NCBI GenBank assembly: GCA_025558095.1
Contig: JAIVFI010000011.1
Coordinates: 372,001-436,000 of the forward strand
Reading direction: 5' to 3'
DNA length: 64,000 nucleotides
Source of the DNA: Hyaloraphidium curvatum SAG 235-1
Taxonomy: Eukaryota > Fungi > Monoblepharomycota
Of the stretch, positions 1 to 12,890 are shown piece after piece. Made by a program: the position numbers and the translations under genes. Positions within the stretch are counted from its first letter, which is position 1. Each line of letters starts with the position of its first letter. Under the pieces are notes generated by a model that was not told the DNA's origin, did no database searches, and worked only from the letters and a program-made list of their open reading frames with translations.

Positions 1-164
1 GGTGAGTCGCTTTCCGACTCATTGTGTCTTTGCTATATCGGCGAAGCTGTATTCGCATCAATCCTGGCATCGGCCTAGGATCGTATCCTCGGTTGCCGCG
101 GAGGAAGCACTTGGACTTGCCTCCGGTTGGCCACCAAGGTCGGTCTGCTCTCGCAGAATCCCGA

Positions 165-1362
165 ATGGAAGCGATTCCGGTGGTTTTCCAAGCTTCCACG
201 CCGGGAATTTTCCTGGCCTGCGAGTGCTACACGTTGGGCTCCGGTGCTGCTCGGGTCGGACGGATTCCGTCTTCGGGACGAGGCACGGGAGACGGGGAAC
301 GCAAAGTCTCCGTTTTCTTCTCCCACGCCAACGGAGTCCCTAAGGAGACGTGGCGGCCGACCGTGAACCGCATGCTCCAGGACCTGATGACGCGATTGGG
401 TCTCGCAGAGCTCGCCCGTTTGCGCCATTTCGTGTCGATCGACGTGCGAAACGAGGGAGACTCTCTCATCCTGAATAAGGCTGCGAATTCGGGCCTTTCG
501 CCGTTCCCGGACGTGATTGTGTGGCAGGACCTGGCGGAGGACCTCCGCCAGCTGGTCCAGCTCCTGGCCCCGAACGACCTGGTCCTCGGAGTGGGGCATT
601 CGCTCGGCGGCGGACTTTCCTGCATGGCCCAAATTCTCGCCCAGCCGCGTCGACTCTTTTCGCGGATGTACCTTGTGGAGCCGATTCTCTACCATGGCGG
701 CCTGCTCGGCAGCCCGTTGTTCTCAGACCAGCTGGGAAAAAGCGCCCTAAGGCGTAAGAACGGGTGGCCAACACGCAAGGCGTGGGAGAGCTACGTTCAA
801 AGCCGGCCATTCTACGCACGGTGGGCTCCCGACGCGCTTCAAGAGTACTTGGATGTCGGCGTCGTGGGCTTGGACAAGGACGGCGCGATATGCTGGAGCA
901 CGGGACCGATCAAGGTTACCGAGCGAGGGGATCCCGTTCACGTGGCCGATGAATCGCGGATACAGTCCGTTGTGCTCAAAACGGAGCCGCGGGAGGAAGC
1001 AAGCGTGTTCATGGGCTCGGTATCCGAAACCCATTCGTTCTTCGAGCGCTTGGGCGAGATTGCGGGCATACCGGTGACGGTCGTCAGCGGCGCCAACTCG
1101 GACATCGTGCCGACCCCCATGCCCGGTGCGGAGGGGCAAATGCTGAATAAGGACGAGGCGATCGCATCGCGCCTCAAAGCCACGTGGAAGACCCTGCCGG
1201 GGGGGCACATGCTCGTGCATGAAGACAAGGACGGCATCGTCGGTGAGTTCGTCCGCGCGATCGGGCCGTCTGGCAAGGTTCCGCTGACCCGATTGCACAG
1301 CGACAGAACTTGTCCGTGAGGTTCTCGCCCTCATTCAGGAGCTGCCCAGCGCGAGCTTGTGA
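165..1362 (+). CDS. Alpha/beta-fold hydrolase (Abhydrolase_6 / MpaH-like); 1 intron (1243-1300)
   Basis: HANG oxyanion motif, DVRNEGDS, nucleophile elbow GHSLGG, C-terminal GGHML. Splicing GTGAGT..CTGAC..CAG gives the tail ATELVREVLALIQELPSASL*. Confidence 0.8.
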
Positions 1363-1448
1363 CCCATCGAATTCCCATGTCGAATGCGCACAATAGACGC
1401 CATACACGTGATGCAGGGATCCCGTCTGCAGAGCTTCCTTGGCCGGCC

Positions 1449-2073
1449 TCAGGGCTCCGCCTTTGCTTTGCTCCGCCTCGACTTCTTGCGGCCTCCAGAC
1501 CGCTTCGATCCGCCAACCAGCTGGCTCCCGAAGACTGCACCCGACAGCGTGCCAAAGATCATCGACCGCAGCGTGATCCCTTCGAGCGGCATGGAGGAGA
1601 GGACGCCGGCGTGCTCCATCGCGTCCTGGAAGCCGGCCTCGCGCATGACGCCGTCGGACAGCGACCCCACGGGCTGGCGAGCGGGGACGGCATCGCGTTA
1701 GGGCGCTCCCGCGGCGATGGCTGGCCGGCATGCCCACCTTGCCCGTCTTCTTGCCCACGACGGCGGGCAGGTAGCCCCACTTGCCCATCATGACGCGCGC
1801 CCAGCACTCGCCGAACGCGTAGCACACGCCCGACACGAAGGGGAACACGACAAAGTTCGCGGCGTAGATGTAGAATCGGGGATGCACGAGGAAGTTGGAG
1901 AGCAGGATCGGCTGCGACTGCGGCACCAGCACGCCGGCGGGCGGCGCGGCGGCGGCGTCGGCGGGCTTGCCGGACGCGACCGCGAGCTCATTCTCGGTCG
2001 CCTCGAGCGGCGGCTCGGGCGGCGCGAGCCCGGCGACCTCGGCGGCCTCGGCGAGGTCCTTGGCGGGCTCCAT
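1449..2073 (-). CDS. MIM1: Mitochondrial outer-membrane import protein Mim1/Tom13-like; 1 intron (~1674-1737)
   Basis: Single TM segment AANFVVFPFVSGVCYAFGECWARVMMGKWGY resembles the Mim1 core (N-x-x-x-PF-x-x-G-x-x-x-x-FGE). Intron GTGGGC..CTAAC..CAG joins to the ORF ending at 1449. Confidence 0.6.
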
Positions 2074-2196
2074 CGTTGCGTGGCGGTATGCGCTGGGCGG
2101 GGATTTGCGGGGACGTCGATCAACAAATAGGCGCTAGCTGCTCCACCCCTGCAGGGCCACTGGGAGCCGCAATATTGAAGGAAGACAGTGCCGGAC

Positions 2197-5100
2197 ATGG
2201 TGCTGGCCGCGGAGGACGTCTCTAGGCTCCAGTCGGACCCCGCGCAGATCCGCAACATCTGCATCCTCGCGCACGTCGACCACGGCAAGACCACGCTCTC
2301 GGACTCGCTGATCGCCACGAATGGAATCATATCGTCGAAGCTCGCGGGGAGGGTGCGTTACCTGGACAGCAGGGAGGACGAGCAGCTCCGGGGCATCACC
2401 ATGAAGTCGAGCGGCATCTCGCTCTACTTCAAGGTGGTCAACTCGGACTCCCGCGCGGCGAACGCCGCACCGCAGGCTCCGGAGCCGGCCGCGCAGCCTC
2501 ACCGCGAGTTTTTGATCAACCTGATTGATTCTCCGGGCCACGTCGATTTTTCCTCCGAGGTCACGGCCGCCTCCGTCCTTTCGGACGGCTGCCTTGTGCT
2601 CGTGGACGCCGTCGAAGGCGTCTGCACGCAGACCATTACCGTGCTCCACGCGGCGTGGAAGACGAAGCTGAAACCGGTGCTGGTCATCAACAAGGTGGAC
2701 CGGCTGTGCCACGAGCTCAAGCTCACGCCGCTCGAGGCCTACCGGAGGATGGAGAGGATCGTGGAGGAAGCCAACGCGGCCGTCGGCGAGTTTTTTCAGG
2801 GGGAGCAGAGCCAGGAGGCTACCAGACGGTGGCTGGAAAAGTCCCGCGCGGCGGCCGCCGCCAAGGCTGCCGCCGACGACGCAACCGGGGAGGCTGAGGG
2901 CGCGGACCACGCCGGCGACGTGGAAATCTCAGCTGATGCCGACGACGGCGACGGGCGGGCCGAGTCCCACGCGGACGATGAGGACATCTACTTTGACCCG
3001 GTCAGGGGAAACGTGGTCTTTGCTTCGGCGGTGGACGGCTGGGCCTTTCGACCCCAGCAGTTTGCGCGGATGTATGCCGCGAAGCTCGGGTTCAAGGAGA
3101 GCACGCTGAGGAAGTTTCTGTGGGGCGACTTTTACCTGGAGTCGAAGCGGAAGCGGATCCTGGGTGCCAAGCACCTCAAGGGCCGGGAGGGCCTGAAGCC
3201 GCTCTTTGTGCAGTTTGTTCTGGAGAACGTCTTTGCCGTCTACGATGCCATCGTCATGAACTAGTAGGTGACGAAGCCGCAGGCACCGACGTGCTGGCCT
3301 AATTTTGCGGGTCCGTTCAGCAACCGCGCCAAGATCGACAAGATCATCTCCGCCCTTCAGCTGAAAATCTTGCCGCGCGACTTGTCTTCGAAGGACCACA
3401 AGGGTCTTTTGCAGACCATCTTCCAGCAGTGGTTGCCGCTGTCGACCTCCGTGCTCCTTGCCATCGTCGACCAGCTGCCGAATCCCAAGGAGGCACAGCT
3501 TTATCGGACCGCACGGATCCTCCAGAACAGCGGGGCACGGCTGGAAGACAAGGAAGCTCCGGGACCGGAGGTGCGGGGCGTGGCTCAGGCCATGGAGCGG
3601 TGCGAAGCCGCCGCTGACTCGGACTCGGGCGCGCCGCCACCCGTGGTCGTGTACGTGAGCAAGATGTTCCACGTGCGCGACGACATGGTGCCCAAACCTG
3701 ATACGCGCAAAGGGGCGAAGGGAGCTGGGTCGGAGTTGACCCCGCAGGAGCTCAAGGAACGGCGGCTGGAAATCCTTCGGAAGCGGCAGCTCGTGGAAAA
3801 GCTGGAAGGACTTTCTCTCGGCGCGGATGCAGGTGGTGCGGAGCCGTCGGCGGAGCTACCGCCAGCAGTGCCGTCCGTGACTTTGGCCGGGCCGCATAAC
3901 GCGTCTGTGGAGGACGCCGAGGACGACGAAGACATCATCGGGGACTACTCTGCCGAGAATGGGGATGGCAAGCACGGCTCGAAGCAGCACCTCATCGGTT
4001 TTGCCCGCATCTTTTCCGGCACTGTGTCCGTGGGCGATCGTCTCCATCTGCTGGGACCAAAATACGATCCGCGGTTCCCGCACCTGCATCGGACAGAGAT
4101 TACGGTCAAGGGGCTTTACCTGCTTATGGGACGTGAGCTGTTGGGTCTCAACTCTGTGAAGGCCGGCAACATCTTTGGTATTCGCGGGCTCGGAACTCGG
4201 ATCGTCAAGACGGGAACTGTCTCAAGCACACTGGCGTGCCCTTCCCTCACCCCGAAGATGGGCTCGGATAAGCCGATCGTGCGTTGCGCGATCGAAGCCA
4301 AGGATCCGCGGCAGATCAAGGCGCTGTCAAGAGGCCTGAAGCTGCTCAGCCGTGCGGATCCGAGCGCCGAGATCATCCAGCACGAGAGTGGGGAGCAGGT
4401 CATTGTTGCGTCGGGCGAGCTGCATTTGGAGCGTCTTTTGAAGGATTTGAAGGAAGTCTATGCGCGCGGCGTGGACATTCGGGTTTCGGACCCTGTCGTG
4501 CCTTTCCGCGAAACGATCGCGCCGCTCCCGGCTACGAATCCGATTGCAAACATGAACAGTTTGGGGATTCGACGGGACGAAAGCTCGACCGAAGGATATC
4601 GGGCCGACGCCGAGCCGGCTGATTCTGCACCAGCTTTGGCAGGGGGACGTCGTCCTGCGACCGAGTCGACTCCGACGGCCCCGTTGCCCCAGGGCACTGT
4701 CGTCGTTTCCACGCCGAACCGGCTAGCTCGGCTTAGGATCCGCTGTTTGCCGCTGCCCTTGCAGGTCTTGACGTACCTCGAGGAGGAATCGGACACCATA
4801 AAGGGCATTGTCGATTCTGGCGACAGGAGAGCCGGCAAGAAGGAGCCGGCCGCGGAAGGCTTAAACGGGACGGATGTTGACACGGAGCAGGGAAAACGGG
4901 CTGCCGCAGCGCAGGTGTTCTTGCAAGGGCTCCGGGAGAAGTTTGAAGAGGCCGTCGCTGAGGGCGCCGCCTGGGCAGACAAGGACGTTTGGTCGACAGT
5001 CGTTGAAAAGTGAGAGTGAATATGCGCGCGCTGCTGCTAGTTTTGCTGACACGGTCGCAGTATCTGGGCATTCGGACCGCGGCGAAACGGACCAAACATC

Positions 5101-6132
5101 CTCGTCAACAACATTCGTGGTTACGTTCGGACGGCATGGGACAAAAGCGCCGCTGCTCCCCGTAGGCGTCCGATGCCTGCAAACGTGCGTCAGCTTTCAG
5201 CACATTCCATACCTGCTTCGGGATCTTCGGTCGCCGACACGGCGGAAGCTTCTACGATCGGTGATACGGCTTCGAATGCGGGACAGACGGATGAGGCCTC
5301 CTCTGTGGATCTCAGCGCACGAGGGGACGACTTTGCCCACGGCGACGAGGGGGAAGAAGCCGGAGATCGCACGAAGAGCTTGAGCGTCAGGGACTTTGAC
5401 GGCAGCATCAACACCGGGTTCCAGCTTTCTATGCTTGCCGGTCCCCTTTGCTCGGAAGCCGTTGTTGGAGTTTGCATTATGGTCGAGGAGTTCAAGGTCG
5501 AGAACCTCGATGGCGAAGGTGCTTCTTCCTTTGCTCGCCCCTGGAATGTGGCCTGACGAGTTTTTCTAGATCCCGCAAAGATCGCGGCTCTGTCCGGGCA
5601 GGTCATTTCCACTATGCAGCTCGCTTGCAAGCAGGCCTTCCTTCAATGGTCGCCCCGTCTTTGCTTGGCCATGTATGCGGTAGACGTGCAGGCTACCGCC
5701 GAGGTTTTGGGAAAGGTCTACGCCGTGATTGCCAAGCGCAAGGGTCGAGTCTTGTCTGAGGAGCTGCAGGAAGGCACGCCGTTCTTTAACGTTTCGTGCG
5801 TCCTGCCGATCGTGGAGAGCTTTGGATTTGCCGACGGTGGGCAAATCTGAGACTGGCTTGCTCCCAAATCTGAACGCATGTCGCCAGATCTGCGCAAGCG
5901 ATCGTCTGGTGCCGCGAATCCGCAGCTCATCTTCAGGGGCTTTGAGACCCTCCCTCTGGATCCGTTCTGGGTTCCGAATACCGAGGAGGAGCTCGAGGAC
6001 CTGGGAGAGAAGGCCGATCGTGAGAATATCGCGCGCAAGTACATGGAGCAGGTGCGAAAGCGGAAGGGACTCTACGTGGAGAAGAAGATCGTGGAGCACG
6101 GCGAGAAGCAGAGGACGCTGAAGTCGAAGTGA
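2197..6132 (+). CDS. EFL1: Elongation factor-like GTPase 1 (60S maturation, eIF6 release); ~4 introns
   Basis: [40 protein letters not shown]1-type C-terminus [29 protein letters not shown]...EKQRTLK. Confidence 0.95.
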
Positions 6133-6175
6133 TTGATGTGATTGTCGTTCAGCCGATACCCTCGATTAGATCAGT

Positions 6176-9100
6176 CTACAGCTCGTCTTTCGCCGTCTTT
6201 TTCGTGAGGCCGTGCACCACCACCTTCCACCCCTCGTCACCCACGGGCCATTTCGGATCCTTGATCACGATCACAGAACCCCCGCTGCCCGGTGCCTCGC
6301 TGAAGTACAGGGGCTGCCTTCCATCCCCGGCGACGACCTCGACGCCGGTCACCTTGCTCTTCACTCCGACGAGGATCACGCGCTCTATGCGTACCTGCGA
6401 TTCCGGAACCCGTTCCATGGGTGCCGGTGGCGGGAGCGTGACCACTGCGTCCAGCTCCTTTGCAATGTCGACGTTGCGGCTCGTCAGCTCGCCGTCGGCA
6501 AACTCGAAGCGCTTCAGCACGTAGCGTCCATCATTGATGTGGTCGTAGCCGACGCCGTCGTCCACGTAGATAAGACCCTGTGCCCGTCCGCGGGCGTCCA
6601 GGGCGACCACGACGGTGTAAGGGTCCCGCTGCATAGCCGCGGACGATCTGCGTGGGCGATCCCGCCGGAAAATGATGTGGCCCCCGCGGAGGAACACGGG
6701 GATCTTGCCCAGGTCCACCGGGATCGAGTGCACGCGCGCTTCCGCGAAACCGGCGTCCGGCGCGCCAGCCGGCAGCAGCGTGTCGTAGTCGTACCAGATC
6801 TCTCCCGGAGGCAGGAACACGCCCCAGCTTGCGGCATCCTTCTTCGTCACGGGGTTCACCAGGAGAGCGTCGCCGAGCATGTACTGGTCGTCCATGGCCC
6901 AAGCCTGCTCGAGATCAGGGAAGGAATGCGCCATGCTGCGCATGATCGGCACGCCGTTGACGCTGCTTTCCCAGAAGAGGGTGTAGATGTAAGGCAGGAT
7001 CTTGTAGCGCGCCTCGATGGCCTTGCGGATGTGGGTGGTGTACGGTTCCCCAAACACCCAAGGTTCCCTCCGCTTGGTGTCCAGATGCGCGTGGCCACGG
7101 AAAAACGGCTGGAACGCGCCAGCCTGGAACCACCGGACGAGAAGGTCCGCTTCGGGATTGTGGAAGAAGCCTCCGACGTCGGCTACGGAACCATTAGCGA
7201 CGAGATCACAACGAGTGCGGAAGAGACCCACCGCCGCAGAACGCGATGCCGCCGACCGAAACGCTGAGAAGCATGGGGACCGCAGACTCCAGGTGCTCCC
7301 AGTTGGCCATGTTGTCTCCGGTCCAGATGGCTCCGAAGCGCTGGGTGCCCACGAAAAAGGCTCTCGAAAGGACAAACGGCCTGAGCCGCCTGCCGAGCTC
7401 CTGCTCGGTCCGCAGGTGGTGCCCTTCGTAGGTGGCCTGGTGCTGCAGCATGCCGTACACATTGTGCACGTCGCGATGCTCCCATCCCCCGTGGTGAAGC
7501 GCGTCCTTGTGCATCGTGATCTCGGGACCGTTGAAGACGCTGGGCTCATTCATGTCGTTCCACGTGAACAGGTCCAGGGTGCTGCCGCCGTACTTGGACA
7601 GGGAGAACTGCGAGCTCCACCATTCTCGCGCCGCGGGGTTGATGTAGTCCGTCCATGCCGACGAGCCCGGCCAGCACCACCCGTCAAAGTCGTTCTTGTG
7701 GCGGTCCTTGACGAGCAGACCAAGATCCTTGGCCTCCTTGTAGACGGCAAAGTTGTCGTCGCGCTTGAGGTGGGGATCGATGATGGTGACCATCTGCGGG
7801 GGTTAAGATCAGGGGCCGGTATAAGTGCGGCAATCGGGCGAGCAAACCTTGCGCCCCTTGCTACTGAGGCTCTGGATCATCGCCGTCGAGTTGGGAAACT
7901 TGTGCGAATCCCAGGTAAAGTACCGCTTGCCGTCAGTGTGTTCAATGTCCAGCCACAGCACGTCCATGGGGATCTCCTCGCGATCGAAGCCCTGATCCAC
8001 CGTTTTGACGTCGTTCTCGTCCATGTAGTTCCACCGGCACTGGTGGTACGCCGTCGAGAACAGGGGAGGGAGGACCGAAGTGCCCGTGAGCCGGGCGTAC
8101 TGCGAATGGAGCGCCTGGAACGGGTTGGGCTTTGCTCCGGGCGCGACGAGGGAAGGCGAAAGTCCAGCGGAGCCAGGGAACAGGAACAGGTCCAGGGGTC
8201 CGGTTTCGGCGATCCAGTGCGTCACGGTGTGTGGCGTGGCAGAGACGGACGTCGGCGGAGGCGGGGGTGGAGGCGGCGGGGGGGCAGCAGCCTCGGCCGG
8301 AGCCGCGGGCAGGTACTTGCGCACGCTCTCGGGAAGGTACTGCGCAACCAAACCCAGCGGCTTTGCCAACCATCCTCCGGTAGTCAGCTTGTTCAGCAGC
8401 TTTTTGACGGAGGGCGACCCCGCACCGGGTTCCCCGACGATGTCCACATCAACCCACATCTCGGCGGCGTTGAGGAGCAGCACCCCTCCGGTCCAGTTCT
8501 TGCTGTGGGCCACCATGTACGGGACGCCCCCGTAGAGCGCCATGGGCTCGTTCAGCTCGTACTCGAACACGTCCAGGTTGTAGAATCGGTACGGGTCCTG
8601 GTACTGGGGCGCGACGCCGTCGCCGCCCTCCTTGGTTGCCGCCGTGCCGTGGGTGCCGCGGAGCCGGAAGGAGGTAGCGTGCTCCGGAAGCCCGTAAAGA
8701 TGCGTCGCCGAGGGGAAGGTCACATCGACGCCGAGCGACATGGGACCTGATTGGCGGATGAGCGGGGTTCGCGCATGGGGTGGCACTTCGAACCCACCTC
8801 GCGGCTTGGTGTCCTGGTGCGTGCCCTTCCAGGTCTCTTCCCACATGCCGTTGTCAAGCCGTCCTTTCAGGCCCTCATCCAGTCCCAGGCCGCCGAACAC
8901 GTCCCCGAGATCGGGGTAATCGGAGCTCTCTCCGGCCTTGGCGCGGATGTGCTCGATGTTGAGGTATCCCTGCCTGTTCACCGCAATCACGGGCTCGCCG
9001 TTCGCCAGCATCTCCACGAGAAAGGGCCTCGCGGTGATCCGCAATGCCAACCGGGCCGGGCCATCGGCGGCCGCGGGCCCGAGCTCGAAGAGGAACACGC

Positions 9101-9551
9101 CTGCGGCCTCGTCCTCCACGGTCGACGCCCGCCTGAACTCCTTGACGCGCTGCGGCGTGCCGACCAGCGACAGCTCGTCGAGGCCCGTCCAGCGCGCGTC
9201 GGGGAAGCGCTTCTCGCGCATGCGGATTCGCACGACGCCATCGAGCAGCAGGTCGACCGTGAGCGAAAACAGCTGGTTGACGCGCGTCTGCAGCACGTCG
9301 GCGGTGATCGCGGCGCGGCCGGGCACGTCGACGACGGCGAGCGAGTTTGGCTGCAGCGCGAACGCGCCGCCGTAGTCGGTCGTCGCGACGAGCTCGGCGA
9401 ACGCGCGCTGCCGCGTGCAGAACCCGCTCTGGTCGCACCGCTTGAAGTCCTCGTGCTTCACCGCAGAGCCGCCGCGCGCAAAGAACAGCAGCGCGCAGGC
9501 AAACACGGCTCCAGCGCGCACCGCGCGGGATGCGGCGCCCCGGACCCGCAT
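6176..9551 (-). CDS. ROT2: ER glucosidase II alpha subunit (GH31), ends in KDEL; ~3 introns
   Basis: Signal peptide then VKHEDFKRCDQSGFC; WLDIEH, catalytic WNDMNEPSVF, WTGDN, PFFRGHAH; C-terminal KDEL. Confidence 0.95.
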
Positions 9552-10038
9552 TATTGGGGACGTCGTCAAGTGATGACCGAGCTCGACGCGATAGGACTGC
9601 TCGTCGAGGAACTTCTCAGACCGGCCAGCAAGGTCGCGATCACGTCGACTACATAGTAGAAGTGGCAATCCACTTCCTCGAGCGCTGAAATCTCACCCTT
9701 CCTGCCTTGCCTCGAAGTGATCACGTGGCGTTCCCACCCGCACCCCATAGTGTGATTCCAAATAATCCTAGGATTCTTTGAAGTTCCTCTTCGTCAAAGA
9801 AATGAATTGCATGACTTTCAATGCCGGTTTGCCACAGCAACGCCTCCTGCGCTGCGCCAGCTCTGTGATCGGCCGCGGAGCGGAGCGCCCGATAAACACG
9901 CGAGTGCCCCCCACGCACAAAGACTGCGCTTGAGTCGTCGGACGGACGTGAGGATTCGACATCGCGTCCCGCCTGCCGCGCTCTGAAGCCTCCCGGGGCA
10001 GCAGCCTGAAGAAGCTGCCTCGTCGCACGGAGAACGCA

Positions 10039-11486
10039 ATGGCCGCCAAGCCAGAGCCGGTGGGCTACCTCTTCTCCCAGCGCTACCTCTTCCACAACAC
10101 GGGAATGGGAGCTGGTATCTACCCGCCCGATGGCATCACCGTCGAGGGAGGCAAGTCGTTCCGCAGGATGCGTGGATCCCCCGCACTAACGCTCCTGCTC
10201 GCGTTGGGTCCGTCTCCCACGTTGCGCTCACGCTCCCGAAAAGGCGAACAGCACTTCGAGAACCCGGCGACGAAGCGCCGATTCGATTCGCTCATGGAGT
10301 CCGTCGGGCTCAAGGATGAGTGCACCATAATCAAGCCCGTCATGGCCACAGACGAGGACCTCCTGAGGGTCCACGAGCCCGAGTACATCGAGCGGATCAG
10401 GAAGCAGTCGGCCCACCTGGGAGGGGACGCGGAGTCGCCCGACAAGATGGGCGAGGGGACGCCGTTTGGCCGCGGATCCTTCGAGATCGCCAAGCTCGCC
10501 GCGGGCGGGACGATCGCGTCGCTCGACGCAATCATGGAGGGCAAGGTCCGCTACGCCTACGCCCTCGTACGGCCCCCGGGCCACCATGCGGAGCGGGACC
10601 ACGGCTACGGGTTCTGCCTGTTCGGCAACATTCCCGTCGCCCTGCGCCGTGCTTTCGAGCGGTACCCCGGCAAGCTAAACAGGGTCGCCGTGATTGATTG
10701 GGACGTCCACCACGGAAACGGAACGGAACACGCGTTCTACAAGGAGAGCCGGGTGCTGACAATCTCGATGCACCAGGGTGCGGATGGTCCCGCAGTTGGC
10801 CCGCCAACGTTCTCACATGCGACGTTCGGCAGATGGTCTTTTCCCTCCCCCTCCTAGCGGGTCCGCCGAGCACCGCGGCGAAGGTGCCGGCGAAGGCTTC
10901 AACATCAACATCCCCTTGCCGCCCGGGTCGGGCCACGGTATCTACACTCACGCATTCGACGACATCGTCGTGCCGGCGTTCAAGGCTTTCCGTCCCGAAC
11001 TGATCGTCGTCGCTTCGGGCTTCGACGCCGGTGCTCTGGACCCGCTTGGACGGCAAATGCTGTACTCCGACTCCTACAAGCACTTTGTCGGGCGCCTCAA
11101 GGAGCTCTCGCGCGGCGGGCTGGACACAAAGCCCCCGATCTTGTTCAGCCACGAGGGCGGATACTCTGGTGGGTGATTTCAGGCTGAAGGAGGACGGAAC
11201 GGCTTGACGGGCGATCGCCGCGTAGCCGTCCACGTTCCCTTCCTGGGGGTCGCTACCATGGAGGCTTTGCTGGAAAAGTCCGTCGTTACCGACCCCTGGT
11301 CGGCGGTCCTTGCCAACTGGACGGGACAGAAAGAGTGGGCTTTCTCGCGTGACAAACTGTGAAACAACACTAAACCCTCGGACGTACCGAAGGTACCCCT
11401 GGCAGAAAACGATCGTCGAAGAGCTCGCCAAGGGTGCCCTGTCGGCGCTGGAGGCCGGGATCAAGCGCGAGAAGCTTTTCGGTTAG
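10039..11486 (+). CDS. Zn-dependent class II deacetylase of the bacterial HDAH type; ~4 introns, first probably GC-AG
   Basis: RPPGHHA, GFCLFGN, DWDVHHGNGT, SGFDA, HEGGY. N-terminus GYLFSQRYLFHNTG...HFENPATKRRF has the layout of bacterial HDAH/PA3774-type enzymes. Confidence 0.9.
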
Positions 11487-11706
11487 ACGTAGACTTGACT
11501 GGTGGCGGAGCCGGAGAAGGCATTTGAGTAGGATTAGATGGGGATTGGACACTTCTGATCCTTCGAAAGGAAGGGCCCGGGCGGAAGTGACCAGGGTGAT
11601 GGGTGTCATGCGGTGCGTCGGCTCAACCTGTCCCGACGACCTCGCTCCTTCCCCCCCGCCCATTCCTTATTTCTCTGTTCTGTCTTTCTCTGTCTGCTTT
11701 TGTCGA

Positions 11707-12843
11707 ATGTCGGGTCCCGGTCCCGGGCTCTGCGCCCTCGTCACAGGCGCAGCATCGCGACAGAGCTTCGGCTTTGCAATTGCCGACGCGATCGCGCCGC
11801 GATGCGTGTGCCTCATCCTCTGCGACAAGGACGAACCTTCGCTGGACGAAGCTTCTAAAGTGCTCGCGTCGCGACATCCCGGGGTTCAGGTTGTCCCGCT
11901 CCGTTACGACGTCACGAATCTGTCGGACCTCTCGAACCTCTACCTGGAGTGCCGCAGACGCGTGCTGGCCGTCGAGGGAACTCTTGACGTGGTTGTCAAC
12001 TCTGTTGGAGCAACAAACGTGTCCGATTTCCTGGAGGACTCGAGCTACCTTCTGCGCGGGCTCGTGGACACCTCGCTGACCCAGCTCTTGCTGAGCACCA
12101 AGATGGCTTTCGAGCTCATGTGCAAGAGCGCCGTTTCGCGCCGCAGGAACGGTGTCATCATCAATGTAGCCTCGGACGCGGCGATCGAGGCTAGCGATCC
12201 CTTCCGGGCGGCAGAGAGCGTGGCTCGATCGGGGTTGGTGACGATGCCGAGGGCGCTGCAGCCTGCCATGGACCTGTCCGTCGCGCGGCATTGGGACCAG
12301 AACGGGGATCTGCAGCCCGGTAGCAAACCGGGACGGGTGCGGATCTGCACGTTGCTCTACCCCGCGGACATGCCGACGCCTGCGGGTGTGAAGGACCAGG
12401 AGGTCCAGCGACGCGTGACGATATCTTTCCCGCCGCCGGTGCTGGAGGCCGTGCTGCCGACCTTGGCGCCGGGTCTTTTGAACGCCGCAACGTCGGGGGC
12501 TCCGCAGGCGGCCGTCACGTCGACGGTGGCGGACGTGGCGGCGGCCGCAATGTGGATCGTGGACGACGCCACGCTGGCCGGACGAGTGGTGCGCGTGGGG
12601 AAGCAGAGGAACGACATTTGGGCGGTGCGGTTTGCCTCGACGGCTCCCCCGCCTGAGGCGCCGGCGGGCAAGACCCGGTTCGGGGTGCAGGCCAAGGCGG
12701 CACAGTCCCCGGGCTTCCTTTCTCGGCTGCGTACCGGATCGACCCCGGACGGCCACCCGCCGGCGGCAACGGCGAGCGAGCTGATCAAGCTGGAGGACGT
12801 GGAACTCCGGCCTCCGCGCGACGGTATCCAGCTCAAGCTGTAG
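11707..12843 (+). CDS. Short-chain dehydrogenase/reductase-fold protein with degenerate active site
   Basis: ALVTGAASRQSFG, YDVT, LDVVVNSVG, GVIINVAS. The YxxxK position reads ESVAR. Confidence 0.7.
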   Translation: MSGPGPGLCALVTGAASRQSFGFAIADAIAPRCVCLILCDKDEPSLDEASKVLASRHPGVQVVPLRYDVTNLSDLSNLYLECRRRVLAVEGTLDVVVNSVGATNVSDFLEDSSYLLRGLVDTSLTQLLLSTKMAFELMCKSAVSRRRNGVIINVASDAAIEASDPFRAAESVARSGLVTMPRALQPAMDLSVARHWDQNGDLQPGSKPGRVRICTLLYPADMPTPAGVKDQEVQRRVTISFPPPVLEAVLPTLAPGLLNAATSGAPQAAVTSTVADVAAAAMWIVDDATLAGRVVRVGKQRNDIWAVRFASTAPPPEAPAGKTRFGVQAKAAQSPGFLSRLRTGSTPDGHPPAATASELIKLEDVELRPPRDGIQLKL

Positions 12844-12890
12844 CCCTCCGCATTACCCGATCGTGAAGAAAGACAAAGAAGCGCGGCGCG

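Noticed and set aside
3262-3270. Tandem TAG TAG interrupting the EFL1 ORF (readthrough or pseudogene?)
   Set aside because: Explained by a canonical intron TA|GTAGGT...CAG|C restoring N-Y-N-R.
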